Origin: Schizochytrium sp. TIO01
Taxonomy: Eukaryota; Protista; Bigyra: Labyrinthulomycetes
Direction of reading: 5' to 3'
NCBI GenBank assembly: GCA_004764695.1
Contig: SMSO01000004.1
Span: forward strand, 744,001-808,000
Length of the DNA: 64,000 nt
Shown: positions 11,814-23,351 of the stretch, in pieces
How positions within the stretch are numbered: the stretch's first letter is position 1
How the letters are laid out: each line of letters opens with the position of its first letter
Position numbers and translations under genes: made by a program
The notes under the pieces: generated by a model
Seen by the model: only the letters and a program-made list of their open reading frames with translations
Told to the model about the DNA's origin: nothing
Databases searched by the model: none

Positions 11814-12816
11814 AACGATTATCCTTGAATGAAAACGAGCAGCACCATTTTATAAATTCTCTGCATATCTCAATCGATATTAACCCCTTCTTGCAAAAAC
11901 ACATGGAATCAACCCTTCTTCTTGCCCAAAATGATTTTTTTTCTTTTTTGCTTTGATGCTGGCCTTCTAACCCACACTGTATCCATCCAAAGTTGATGTC
12001 CCTTGTAGGCTCCACCTTCTCATCTCATTCAATGGGAGCAACATCAAGACACAGCTAGAACTATCCAAGGGTTTGCAAATGGCTGTTCGGACGTTTACTT
12101 GCCTTCCTTGCTGGCTGTCCCGGAAGTGTTAATCAGGAGCTTTAAACTCTCACTTTGCAAAGGCGACTATTCTCGACTCAATCGTTGTAAATCGAGACAA
12201 TCTGATCCTAGCTACGAGGACTTCGAACGCCATGATTTCCGCTGCTTGAATAAAATCTAGATCATGAAGTTGAGATATGGTATACAAGTATTCTATTTTT
12301 ATCTAATGAAAGCAAATCTGGATTAAACACGCAATTTATTATACCATAGGAGTTTATGTGATCTGTTGCTTAGTTGGTTGAAATGTTCACGGAAATGTGA
12401 TATACATAGTTTGACATCGATCGATTTCTAAGTTGAAAAGGATTGGAAAATAAGTATTGAGTAAAAGGGTGCAATGTTGCAGTTGCTTGTACAGTAGCAA
12501 AAGTAGCGAGTCACTTTAACAGAACCTGGGGCTGCACCATAAAGTAACAACTCTGTTCGCTTAAAAGTGAAAGTTCTCTACACCAAAGGCGTGAAACATA
12601 GGTATAATAAAGAGAAACGGCAAAAAGAAGCCGAGGGAGGAAATAGAGCTAGAAAACATGGATAAGACTAGGCAGGTAACATCACTTTGAGGCAAAGCAG
12701 TGTAATTCTCCTGCCCTGCTACAATAATCAGAAGTGGAGACCGAGGAAGAATAGGAAACTGGCAATGCCAAGTTGGCATGAAGGAAGGCTGTCAATAGTA
12801 TGTGTAAGAAAAAGGT

Positions 12817-13545
12817 CTAATTTGAAAGACTTTCAGAGTCAGATTCAGTCTCAAACGCATTGTAGAGATCACTTTGTTTTGACCCAGGCTCAAAAAACTC
12901 ATCCGTTCGCACACTAGCATTGCTGCTTGATGTTTGATATCGACTCGAGTCATACGAAGCACATGATTTCATCATAAGAAGCGATGCTTGCGAATCGACA
13001 GACGCTAACGATGCATGACTTCGTGCATCAGATGACGTTGGGTTATTGCTTGTGGAAGAGTTTCCAGCACCGCTCGGTGAGTTTTCGCGCCCACTATTTG
13101 GAGGTGTTAGGTTGGTCTTGGCCGAGCGGAGTTCTGAGACAAGGCTTTCAAGCGCACCTGTGTTAGCACAGAGCAAAGAAACAATGCTTTGCAACGAGTC
13201 TCTCTCCTTTTCTGTTTCATTGAGTTTTGTCTGTAATGTGCGAATTTTGCTTTGCAAATTTGCCCGCAATAACCTTTCCTCTTCTAGTTTAGATCGAAGT
13301 TTGTCTCGCACTCTACGCTCTTCTTCAAGCTTACGGTGCACACTGCGACGTTCATCGTGTTCCTTGCGTACTGCTGACTGCAAGACATTGACGCGATCTT
13401 GGGCTTCGCGAAGCATTTTTGCTCGTGTTGGATCTCCTCCATCAACCCCAACAAACGGTTGAGTCTTCTCGCTGCGTTTCATGAACATCTGTAAAGTCAG
13501 CCCAATGCAAAATGCAATATTAACGAGTACAGCAATGAAGTACAT
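12817..13545 (-). CDS. Hypothetical protein: N-terminal TM/signal anchor, coiled coil, Ser-rich tail
   Basis: Open frame from the ATG of MYFIAVLV; hydrophobic N-terminus; heptad E/R/K/L-rich segment. Confidence 0.7.
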   Translation of the reverse strand: MYFIAVLVNIAFCIGLTLQMFMKRSEKTQPFVGVDGGDPTRAKMLREAQDRVNVLQSAVRKEHDERRSVHRKLEEERRVRDKLRSKLEEERLLRANLQSKIRTLQTKLNETEKERDSLQSIVSLLCANTGALESLVSELRSAKTNLTPPNSGRENSPSGAGNSSTSNNPTSSDARSHASLASVDSQASLLMMKSCASYDSSRYQTSSSNASVRTDEFFEPGSKQSDLYNAFETESDSESLSN

Positions 13546-14507
13546 GATGAAGATCAATGGTTTTGCCTTAGCCAAGCACGAAAATCAGAATTGTTGCTAG
13601 ATCTCTTGGTCTCGACCCCAGGATTTTCACCAATGGTCCTTCGGGGTGTGGAATTTCGGCGCGGGGACACCCCTCCGCACAACAGATCCTTTCCTGTTGG
13701 AATTGCTGAACCGTTGAATTTTGCCTCTAAACAACGAAAACGTTTTGCCTTTTCCTTAACCTAGCCTGAGGCGGTTCACGCGTACTTGATACTTTCCACC
13801 TTTACAAATTCTTCTTCTTCGTTCACCTCGCCAAAACGAAGGTGTATTCGAAATCCGAACCAGGGAAGGAACCGGGGGTTCCGATTCCGTAGTCAGTCTC
13901 AGAAACCTGGAAAGGTTGACGTGTTGCCGTGTACGGTGAGTTGATATTGATAGTCAACCCAAGCACGGACAGCGCGCGATTAGGTCTCTCTAGCGATGTT
14001 GAGTAGTCAAATCAATCGTTAACTAAGTTCCACACTGCGCAAGACTCCAAAATATGGTTGCTCCAGGCCTCGTGGTCTCGTCTGTTGACACAAGCAAGCA
14101 ATGCAGCAGGACTCGGCCCGGCGTAGGGCTGCTTTGCCGGCCAGGCCGAGCGAGCAATAGTTCGACGAGGGTCAGGAGATCGACTAATCGATTCTCGAGC
14201 GATTGGTTTTTATAGGAGTAATTTGTTTATTGGTTTTTCTAGTTCATTTATCACTGATTTTTTCTTCGCAAAACATTTATTCGTTCCGGGTCAAGTTCTA
14301 TGATGACGAGGCGTGCTTAATCGGCCTCCTTAATTTCATGCCTTCGCGAGAAAGCATCACCAAGATCTCTTCAGCTCCCTGAGTTTCTTTTGTAGCGCAG
14401 AGTGGTTCTACGATGACGAGAGTTTATCAACTTTGCGAGAGCGTCATGAGCTCCGATGAGAGGCTGCTCGGAGCAGAAATAGAAATGGAAATGAAATATT
14501 AGGCGAG

Positions 14508-14546
<39 letters not shown>
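14508..14546. repeat. (GAAA)n microsatellite
   Basis: Seen directly. Confidence 0.95.
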
Positions 14547-15498
14547 CTCTTTCAAGTTCTATTGCTTCTTACGGTTTATCACTAACAGCGTTCTTTCTTA
14601 GCCAGCTTAAAGAAAAAGTTCTTCTCTTCTCTTCTCTTCAAAACGAAAACCAAAACAAGTCCTTTCCAGACCTCGCTTTTGTTCGCGTGGACTCCAATTA
14701 TACCTTCGATGCTTCTTCACCTTAAATTGCAAAAGTTCTAAACAAGTCGCTGCTGCAGCTTCTCTCCCAATTTTGTTTGTATATTTATGGGAATGTGGAC
14801 CTCGAAGAGATGGAAAATCCTCTGCGTACAGAGGAAATGTACCCTTACAGAAAACAGGCATCACTTGGGGTGGACTTGCTCCAGCCGCACTCGAGCGGGT
14901 TAATGCCTTATCAATTCGCCATCGAGGCTAGAGAACTTCTCCAAGAGAAGCAAACCAGGCAGCGGGCAGGGACCGCAATCAGCGAGCGAGACCCATGATC
15001 TGACGTGACGAGAGGCGGAGGTATCTTCCTGCGTGATGATCGTTGGTTCAAGGTTATGGGCACCGCATATTTACATTATATATAACTCATTCGGCACACA
15101 CGTTCTTAGGAATAGGTACTTCGCGATAGGACTATCTGCTTCATATGGTTATGCTAGGCTCCACCTGGCGAAAGCACTAAGGAAAGCTAAATGAACTTGC
15201 AGATGTTGACTGCCTCGCTGACTGATTGTATGATGCGCAGATGGAAAAGGACTCTGAGAAACTCCGTTGCTTAGCTGGATTAAATTAAGGCGATGCATGG
15301 TGGTTGCTATGTCATAAAAAAAAAGAGTTGTCTGAACGCATATTAGCAAAATAAGTGCGGGTTGGGGAAGGGCAATATCAGATAAAATTATATGAAAATA
15401 GGTTTACAGTGGTTGTATTTATGGAGTCATCGGAGGACGAGGCTACACAGCTCGCCATCTTCAAAAGTATATAAAAAACAACTCGAAATCTGGACAAA

Positions 15499-17235
15499 CT
15501 AGATGTTCCCTTCTTGCGGGACCTCGGTTTTGGTGTCATTTCCATGAGACTCTGCATCTTCCTTTGCATTCAATCGTCTTTCCAGCCATTTATAATAAGG
15601 ATTCTGAAAATCAACCCCACCAATGGTATCTTCGTACAACGCGCACACACGTTGGCGGATAGCAGTAAGGTTTGAAGGATCATAAATTTCCGAAATACAT
15701 GCCTTTAAAGGCTCCTTAGTGAAATCTTCAAAAGGCTTCTCACATTTGAGAGTGCGCGGCAAGCGGATTCGTAGCATGAGCACTTTATCAAAGGCAATCA
15801 TTTGCTCTTGAGGGACTCCAGGAACAGAATCGCCAAACATACTCCGGTGCTTAGCAGGCAACTTCAACGTACACCGAAGCATGCAGTACGCCAGCCTCTC
15901 CTCCGGGTTCGATCCATCAGGAAGCTCCTCAGAAAAAGTTTCACCTCTTCCGCTTACAATATGGCAAACAAGAATGTTTTGGTGTTCGATCTCAATCTTG
16001 TCAAAATTCTCCTCAAAATCAGCATATGTGCCTGGGTAATAGCTCAACGGAGTGAGCGAAGGATCTGCACAATAGGGGTTGGGATTCTTTAGTGCACCCT
16101 TCCTGAATTCCTCCATTATTTCCTGCTTAACAGATGGAACGCATAAGTCTGGGTGCACATCTCCATAATTCAATATCTTTGTGACAGCTTGAACTGTTAC
16201 TTTGACAAGCTCGTCAATAATGCCGTCAATTGGCAAGCAAAGTTGCACCATGAGGCAATCATACGCTACACGAGTCAAAGGAAGGCGAACCGCAAGAACA
16301 TCATTCGTTTTTTGCATGATCTTTCCAGATGCCAAGAAGTAATCTTCCTCTGCTGACTGGACAGAGCGAAATGACTTTTGTCTATGTTGACCGTAGTCGT
16401 AAGGACTAAGAGGAACCAGGCGAAGAAATTGTGGGCTTTTCACAACTGAAGACAGATTTCGACCCAGGAGTACTGGAATTTCTGGTTCGTGGCCTGGGAT
16501 ACGAATATGGTACGAGGGGGCGACAGCGTACAGAAGTAATTTCATCCGAAATGTTTGCTCCTCTGCAAGCTGCATTGTATCAAAGAAATAATCGTGCATC
16601 ATAATCCACGTTGAAAATATATCACACCAATCTTGTCGTGCCGCAAGCTTCGCGTCATGTTGTGGGATCGCTTCAATAGTTTTGTCCAGATAAAGCATAT
16701 CGCGGACGAATTCTTTATTTTTGTCCGCATGCAAGACCTCCAAGCCATTCAAGGCTTTGACAACCTTGAAAAAGTTGAAAGTTTGGTTTCTCTGAAATGA
16801 AAATACGCGCATAGACTCCCGCACGAGGTCCCCTTGAGATTTGCGAAGTTGGAAACATAGCTTTCGCAGACCAGGGTCTGTGGACAAGGGCTCTGGAATC
16901 AGGTAAAGACCATCGAATCGTTCGTCTGTTGGCGAATACAACTCGGCCCTGTCGCGACTCCTAATATTAGGGTGTTGCTGCATGATAGAGTTGTATAAGT
17001 TCCTCAATGAGTGTTTTTCACGAACGTCAAATGAACCTGGCATTACACTCGAAATCTCCGCAGGACTGCCACGTTTCTCACTGCTTGGGGCTGAAGCAAA
17101 TCCTCGCCAGGCCATTCTCCATGTTGGCACGGGCTGTTCCAGTCTGTGAATACCATCCAAGACGACCCGAGTTCCAGGTCGAGGACGCAGGAATTTAGTT
17201 GCTGCTCTTCCCAGTGCCAAAAGTCTCAGCGACAT
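15499..17235 (-). CDS. Hypothetical protein, probably mitochondrial
   Basis: 578-aa ORF with an Arg/Leu/Ala-rich N-terminus (MSLRLLALGRAATKFLRPR...WRGFAS) resembling a mitochondrial presequence. Family not recognised. Confidence 0.75.
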   Translation of the reverse strand: MSLRLLALGRAATKFLRPRPGTRVVLDGIHRLEQPVPTWRMAWRGFASAPSSEKRGSPAEISSVMPGSFDVREKHSLRNLYNSIMQQHPNIRSRDRAELYSPTDERFDGLYLIPEPLSTDPGLRKLCFQLRKSQGDLVRESMRVFSFQRNQTFNFFKVVKALNGLEVLHADKNKEFVRDMLYLDKTIEAIPQHDAKLAARQDWCDIFSTWIMMHDYFFDTMQLAEEQTFRMKLLLYAVAPSYHIRIPGHEPEIPVLLGRNLSSVVKSPQFLRLVPLSPYDYGQHRQKSFRSVQSAEEDYFLASGKIMQKTNDVLAVRLPLTRVAYDCLMVQLCLPIDGIIDELVKVTVQAVTKILNYGDVHPDLCVPSVKQEIMEEFRKGALKNPNPYCADPSLTPLSYYPGTYADFEENFDKIEIEHQNILVCHIVSGRGETFSEELPDGSNPEERLAYCMLRCTLKLPAKHRSMFGDSVPGVPQEQMIAFDKVLMLRIRLPRTLKCEKPFEDFTKEPLKACISEIYDPSNLTAIRQRVCALYEDTIGGVDFQNPYYKWLERRLNAKEDAESHGNDTKTEVPQEGNI

Positions 17236-17537
17236 CTTGGCGAGCGTCGAAAATTGGCTTTGAGGCCCTTCTACAAGTCATACATACATTCATTCCAGTC
17301 GTGGTGATCCACGGAAAATAAAGCCTCTCAGTTCTAGTATCAACTTATCGCAAAATAGAACGTTAATTAATTAGTAAGAACGGAAAATACCTAAGAAATG
17401 GTATACAAGTTTCCTGTGTGCAACCGCTCAAAAACAGTTCTGAGTTGACCTTTCTCATAGTCAATGCACAGAGCTTGAACGGGAAACGTGACAAAGCGCA
17501 GAGTCCCACCCCTCTTGGGTGCCGAGAACTGTTCGTG

Positions 17538-18477
17538 ATGGACGTCGAAGAAGCTGAGTCTGCTCGTTTTGAGCGTCTCAAAGAGGTAAGTGCGGTGTAC
17601 TCGAATCGCAAGGATGGCGATGATCTGAGCTTATGGGTTTCATTCTGTCGGGAGAAAGTGTTGCGAACTTTGGAGTAGAAGAAGAAGCGAGCGGACTCCA
17701 AGCATATTGGTTTTGAGGTATAATGTATTGTTAGAGACTAACCTGTTTTGTTATGCAATGCTTATTCTGTGGGTCTTTCTTTGATTGATGTGCTCAGGTA
17801 TACCACAAAGTTATCTCAGCAATTTTGCTCAAAGGCGTGACTGAGGAAGATGCCAAAGAGAGCTTTGAAGAGGTCTTGACAAAGTCAAAACGTTTCAAGG
17901 AGCACCATCTCACGCTCGTGTTCCAAAGGCTATTTATGGAGCAGGTTCCGCGGAACCTCAGAGTACGTTTAAAATTTGCGATTACACTGAGATAGGTATG
18001 TGTATATTTGTTCATGTGAAGGACTAACTGACCCTCTTGTGCTGCTCAACCGCTTTATCAATACTATAATGATGTAATCTGGAGCCTTGGGTTAAATGCC
18101 GATCCTTCTTGATTGTTTACTTCTCGACTGTGCAGCTCGAGTTTCAGGATGTGTGTGACGAGTTTAAGATTGCCACCTCACTTCAACGTTTGGATCAACT
18201 GTCAGAGCGCAAGCGCATGCGGGATGCACTTGCTGCAACCAAGCACGTGGATCAGGCCAGTAATGGAGCTGATGGAAAGCGTCCTGATATGCTTGTGACT
18301 GAAGCAATTTGTGCAAAGAAACGAGCCCGCTTACAGGAACTTCGCGAAAGGCTCGAGGCTGAGAGCCAGGCACTCAGCAAACTTTCAAACGAACTTGAAG
18401 CAACTCAAAATGAAGAAACTCAGTTGCGTGAGAAACTTGATAACCTCCTTGTACCCTTCCAGCTTCAAGAAGCCTGA
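17538..18477 (+). CDS. Nnf1/PMF1-like MIS12-complex kinetochore protein; 3 exons (17538-17585, 17798-17962, 18136-18477)
   Basis: Donors GTAAGT (17586) and GTACGT (17963), branch points ACTAAC and CAG acceptors all join in phase 0. The protein has RFERLKEVY...LEFQDVCDEFKIATSLQRLDQL plus a C-terminal coiled coil, the Nnf1 pattern. Confidence 0.7.
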
Positions 18478-19257
18478 GATCTTCCTCAACAATTTACAAA
18501 AGGAGAAGATGCTCCTCCATCTGTGCTCGCTATTCAATAATGCCATTGCAAGTTGGGTAGTCTTCATGTATAAGCTACACTGTTAATTTGCAGAGGTAAT
18601 TAAACTAGAGGTCGCCATTTCTGCTAATCATTCCAGATCTCACATAACTTTAAAATGATAGATTTCCACTGAAAACTCTAACTCCAATTCTGCTGCTCCT
18701 TATCCTTTCTTCTTATTCAATGACGTATACTTAATACAGTGGTACCATACAAAGGGAGATTCTAATATTTTGCTTTTAGGGATGCTTCAAGCGAAACAAG
18801 GGGTGCTGACAAACAAGAAGTTCTTACGATGCTTTGCACTGTCGCAGTGCCCTTTTGGCTTTTGTCGCTTAAGCTTAAATTCTTTAAAATTTCCACTCCC
18901 ATCATCCCCAAGAATAGCTGAACAACAAACTATCGTGGCTGTACACGTACACATGTAGAATTCCGAACGACATTTCGTATCTGGCAGCAGAATCAAATAT
19001 ATCACTCTTTTGGTCTATTTTGTTCTTCATTTAAAAACAAACAAAACAAACCAAAAACAATAGTATGAATATTAAGCCTTGTACCATACAATCAGATATT
19101 CACTTCTTTCATAATAGAGTAAATCTTTATAACTCACTTACTAGATGAGCTGGCGTGTATAGTCTCGATAATGTAGTGCTTTTATGAAAGAACATGTATT
19201 ATACGATGAGCAAATCCGATTTTCGGGCACTTGAATCCTTCTTGGACGTAGGTACTA

Positions 19258-20292
19258 ATGGCGCAGGCATCTGGAACTCCACCTGCGGGTAGCGGCGGGT
19301 CCCCTTCAGTGGGATCTGCTGTGTCTTCAGAGATGGATGACGCTCCTGTGCTGCATCTGTTGACGATCAAGGAAGTCTTCGTGTTCAAGATTCCACCTTT
19401 ACAGGGCTCTCGAGGCCATCATGCCGCAGACTGGAATCTTGACAATCCAGCCCTTACAGGGCAGCTTCGTGTGGTGAGCAAGGGCGACAAAGTCTATTTG
19501 CAAATTCTTCAGATCCCTGAGAACTCCTCGGGGCTGCCGCAACTCTTTGCAAGTTGTCCTATAAAGTTGGACTCAGACTTGTCGAAACCCTCTTCAAAAC
19601 TCGACTACTTCGTGCAAAGTGTTGTTGACAGCTCACGATATTTTGTGGTTCGCCTTGAAGACGAGGTCTCCAAACGTCACGCCTACATTGGCATTGGCTT
19701 TCAAGAACGCCAAAGCGCGTTCGACCTCAGAGCAGCATTGGATGACGAGGTTCGCCGCATTTCGCGTGGAGAAAACTTCGTAGATGACGATGAAAGCGAG
19801 CTTCCACCTATTGATGCGCCTCCTGCCGTCGACCGTTCTCTAAAAGACGGTGAGACTATCAAGGTCAAGATTAACATTGGAGGTCAAAGCAAGCTTCGCA
19901 AAAAGTCGACATCTTCGTCATCGTCATCGTCTGCGAGCTCGAGTGGCGGCGGACTCATGCTCAAACCACCGAAGGCATCCTCACGTCTACGTTCTCCTCC
20001 TGGGACTTCATCATCGAGCGGAATTTCATCACCGCCTGCTGCTTCGCCTGCCTCTTCAGCTACCTCCTCTTCGTCAGCCTTGAATGACTCCCTTGCAAGT
20101 CTCTCACTAGACCCCATGCCTATCGCGACTCCATCGCCGTCACTGCCATCGTTCCCAGCACCAAGCTCACAGCCTCCAGCTCCTTTGCACCCAGCATCAG
20201 TACCTTCTGCCCCTGCAGCCCCGCCAACTTCAAGTGCTACTTCAAAAAAGGCAGACCCATTTGATGAACTTGACTTTGGCGATTTCCAATAA
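19258..20292 (+). CDS. NECAP: NECAP (adaptin ear-binding coat-associated protein), PHear domain
   Basis: EVFVFKIPP, GHHAADW, VVDSSRYFVVR, AYIGIGFQERQSAFD and SLKDGETIKVKI motifs; Ser/Pro tail ending in the DFGDFQ adaptor-ear motif. Confidence 0.92.
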   Translation: MAQASGTPPAGSGGSPSVGSAVSSEMDDAPVLHLLTIKEVFVFKIPPLQGSRGHHAADWNLDNPALTGQLRVVSKGDKVYLQILQIPENSSGLPQLFASCPIKLDSDLSKPSSKLDYFVQSVVDSSRYFVVRLEDEVSKRHAYIGIGFQERQSAFDLRAALDDEVRRISRGENFVDDDESELPPIDAPPAVDRSLKDGETIKVKINIGGQSKLRKKSTSSSSSSSASSSGGGLMLKPPKASSRLRSPPGTSSSSGISSPPAASPASSATSSSSALNDSLASLSLDPMPIATPSPSLPSFPAPSSQPPAPLHPASVPSAPAAPPTSSATSKKADPFDELDFGDFQ

Positions 20293-20528
20293 GTAATCAT
20301 GATAGTAAAATGGATGATTGTTTAGCATACCTCTTTCCTTCTCATTCTCGCAACCTGCTTCTTTAAAAACTAATTCATAATATATTGTTTTTGTGCGGTC
20401 AGGAGCTAGAGTTTATTGTGTGCGAGGGTTTTGGACGTCTGTCTCTGATTTAAAGTTCACCCGAACATTAAGGACGGCATCCATCATACCTACATAAAAA
20501 GAAAGGGGAAGCCACTTCAAATGTAGAA

Positions 20529-23351
20529 TTATAAATCTTGAATAGTGTCAATAAATGCAGGGACGTTCTTCTTTGAAGAATCCTTCTCTTGTGTAGAAGA
20601 CTCTGCAGGTGTACCTGACGTTGCAAACTTTATTGAAGTAGCTGAAGGTGTTTCCTTCCCAGTCGTTTGATCAGCAAGTGGGGCTGCCTGAGATTGTTCA
20701 GGGCCACTATTGACAGTTTTGTCAACTTGTATTTGAGTTTTATCAACTTCAGCAGCTATCCCAGCACTAATTCGAATACTTTTTTTGGCCAATGATCCAA
20801 GTGATGGAGTCGACGACGTTTTGGTTCTATTAGGTCGAACGATTTTGCGTGGCTTCTTTTTATCAGACTTAGCACTGGACTTCGTTGGTTCATCGCTATC
20901 GTTGTCCGATGAGGAATTGCTAGACTCTTCAGAGGCTGAGTAGTTTTCACTGGAGCTTGATGAAGATCCTGACTCGGAGCTTGAGGTTGAGGATCCTGAA
21001 GAAGAGGATCCCGAAGAAGAGGAAGAACCGCTAGAGCTGCTTGAGTCTGACTCGTAGCCAACAGCATCATCTTCTTGCTCTTGCTTCTTCCTTCGTGCTT
21101 CGGCTGCCTCGGCTGCCATGGCTTCAGCAGCTTCTTTAGCAAGTCGCCGGTTCTTCTTACGCCTTTTGCGGCTTATCACATGATTAAGGTCATTGGGCAT
21201 CTGGCTTTCGACTTGGAGAAAGATATCGACTTCTTTTTGCACATTATTCATGAACAAACGCGTTTCTTTATTATCCAAGGACAGACGGCGAGAGAACACC
21301 TCAGCTTGGCCCTTTTGTTTCAACCTCGTTTGAAATCGTTTGACTGAACTCAGGAGCTTTGATAAAAGAATGATGATATCAGTTGTGCTTTCGTGGTTTA
21401 ACACAGTGGCCACGTCAATCAGAAGTTGGATTTCCGAGTGGTATCGTTCTTCGAAGTGATCAAGTATACTTGATAGTGGAGCGGTCTTAAGTTCTTCCAA
21501 TCGAGACAAATTTCGGCCAACAAGGCGCTTAATTATGCGAGACCACATCCGAGCGGCCCGAAACATACGCTCTTCAAACCCTTTGAAATAAAGCTCATAT
21601 GGGAGCTGTTGTAAATCATACGATCTGCTCAGATCATCCTGTGCGTTCTGTGGTCGAGCGAATGCGGTATATGTATGTCGCTCTACATTCTGGCCTATTT
21701 CTTTTAAAGCAGAGAGTTCCTTTTGTAACTCTGGGATCTGGTTTCGACCTGACTTCTCAAATAAAGTTTCACCTAAACGATTAAAGCTCTTGTAGAACTT
21801 CTTTTCATTCTTCTTGTTGCTAAATTCATCAACTGAAATCGTGTTGAATTCTTTAAAGTGTTTCCCTAAGACGGGGCAGCTAGGGTTCCACCGCTCGCGT
21901 CTATGAGACCAGTGAGAACGTCCAAGCATCGAAAATGCAAAAATGTTTAGTGCTGCGTAACCAACATGAGAATCGATCAAAGTTTCAAACTGAGAACAAC
22001 GTTGTTTTTTCTCTTGACCATAAGGTCGAAGGCAAATCATCAACCCGAGGAAGTGGGGCCATAATGTTCGGATATGGGCCAAATCGAGTCGAATACTGAG
22101 CCGGTATAAAGGGCGAACGAAAAAGAAAGTGGTATCGTCCATTCTTCGCTTTGGGAATTTCAAGCCTAAATAAACTCCAAGAACTGGAACATAGTTCACT
22201 TCCATGTGTCGCGTCACCGCAGGCACAGCGTTCGCAGTGAGCTGCTTCCGAGCCATAGGAGGGAGAAGCTTCATGTTGTCCTCAAAGACGCCACTAAATC
22301 CAAGTTCGCCACTTCGAGCGAGTACCTTGAGGTCATCCCACACAACAGGAGCCTCCAGTCGCCAACAAGCATACCATAAGATCACCAACAGTACACCAAT
22401 ACGCGGGGCAATAATATATTTGACACGAGGGTTAGGTCGAGCATGCTCCCTGAGAGTGATGCTTGGTGCGCAGTGTTTGCAAAGGTCCGAAATATTCACA
22501 TCCTTGAAGAATCGATATAGGTACCGCGTCAGTAAGTTGTGCGAAGCTTCGTGGAGGTTATCAATATCTACACCTAAGAATTGATGAATGCAAATAATGG
22601 CTTCATTCATGATACGACGTAGGCTTCGCTCGAAGGCATCCTCCAGCTCGTGCCTTGTCATCAGTTTCCCAGATCCGCTGATGACGCCTACCAACGAATT
22701 TTGAAAGGGAATACGTCCTCTAAAGTTAGTTTTCTCCACAGGAATTGAAGTCTTACCCACTAAGAAATTGGCGACTGCACCCTCTTCAATACGAATAGAA
22801 GTTGGCGTTACCGCGACCTCCTTCGCGGCCTGTCTTCGCAGTGAGTCTCGCACTTTGGTCACCTTCCTCACCTCAACAGGATTATTTCTGAGAATCATCT
22901 GTGGCTCCGAGTTAATCTCTTGGGTGAGGATTTCATACGGCTTGGGATGTGTTTTCACATCAGTTATACCTTTAGCCCGAAGTTTTTTTGCCTTTTCTCG
23001 GCTCTTGCGATACTTGACATGGGCTAAGTGTCGCTCCTCTGAGAGCAGTTTATCATGTTGAGCCTGAATAGCCATGTCCGCCGTGTATGTGGTTTTTCTC
23101 ATACCTATAATGCGTCCTACAAGTTGAACGTCATCATAATGTCGATCGCGACGATCCAGATTCGAGGATTCCAGAGCCGTTCGATTTGCTTGTACGAGTA
23201 CTTCACCGCACGATTCGCAAATGACCTCTCCAGTGGCCTCATCTTCTCGTCTCTGAAAACTTCCGCAGGACTCGCATGCCACCACGCGAGTTCTCTTCTT
23301 GTCATCCGTACCCTCGCGTTGGCGCTTTCGAAGGTGAAGGCGGCCGAGCAT
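20529..23351 (-). CDS. TAF1B/Rrn7-like RNA polymerase I initiation factor (TFIIB-related)
   Basis: N-terminal Zn ribbon CESCG...CESCG; cyclin-fold motif LWYACWRLEAPVVWDDLKVLARSG typical of Rrn7/TAF1B; Ser-rich C-terminus. Confidence 0.7.
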   Translation of the reverse strand: MLGRLHLRKRQREGTDDKKRTRVVACESCGSFQRREDEATGEVICESCGEVLVQANRTALESSNLDRRDRHYDDVQLVGRIIGMRKTTYTADMAIQAQHDKLLSEERHLAHVKYRKSREKAKKLRAKGITDVKTHPKPYEILTQEINSEPQMILRNNPVEVRKVTKVRDSLRRQAAKEVAVTPTSIRIEEGAVANFLVGKTSIPVEKTNFRGRIPFQNSLVGVISGSGKLMTRHELEDAFERSLRRIMNEAIICIHQFLGVDIDNLHEASHNLLTRYLYRFFKDVNISDLCKHCAPSITLREHARPNPRVKYIIAPRIGVLLVILWYACWRLEAPVVWDDLKVLARSGELGFSGVFEDNMKLLPPMARKQLTANAVPAVTRHMEVNYVPVLGVYLGLKFPKRRMDDTTFFFVRPLYRLSIRLDLAHIRTLWPHFLGLMICLRPYGQEKKQRCSQFETLIDSHVGYAALNIFAFSMLGRSHWSHRRERWNPSCPVLGKHFKEFNTISVDEFSNKKNEKKFYKSFNRLGETLFEKSGRNQIPELQKELSALKEIGQNVERHTYTAFARPQNAQDDLSRSYDLQQLPYELYFKGFEERMFRAARMWSRIIKRLVGRNLSRLEELKTAPLSSILDHFEERYHSEIQLLIDVATVLNHESTTDIIILLSKLLSSVKRFQTRLKQKGQAEVFSRRLSLDNKETRLFMNNVQKEVDIFLQVESQMPNDLNHVISRKRRKKNRRLAKEAAEAMAAEAAEARRKKQEQEDDAVGYESDSSSSSGSSSSSGSSSSGSSTSSSESGSSSSSSENYSASEESSNSSSDNDSDEPTKSSAKSDKKKPRKIVRPNRTKTSSTPSLGSLAKKSIRISAGIAAEVDKTQIQVDKTVNSGPEQSQAAPLADQTTGKETPSATSIKFATSGTPAESSTQEKDSSKKNVPAFIDTIQDL

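Noticed and set aside
14295-14470. SECIS or U3-like reading of the ATGACG repeats
   Set aside because: No upstream + strand ORF with an in-frame TGA; helices are imperfect; no U3 box A or terminal box D.
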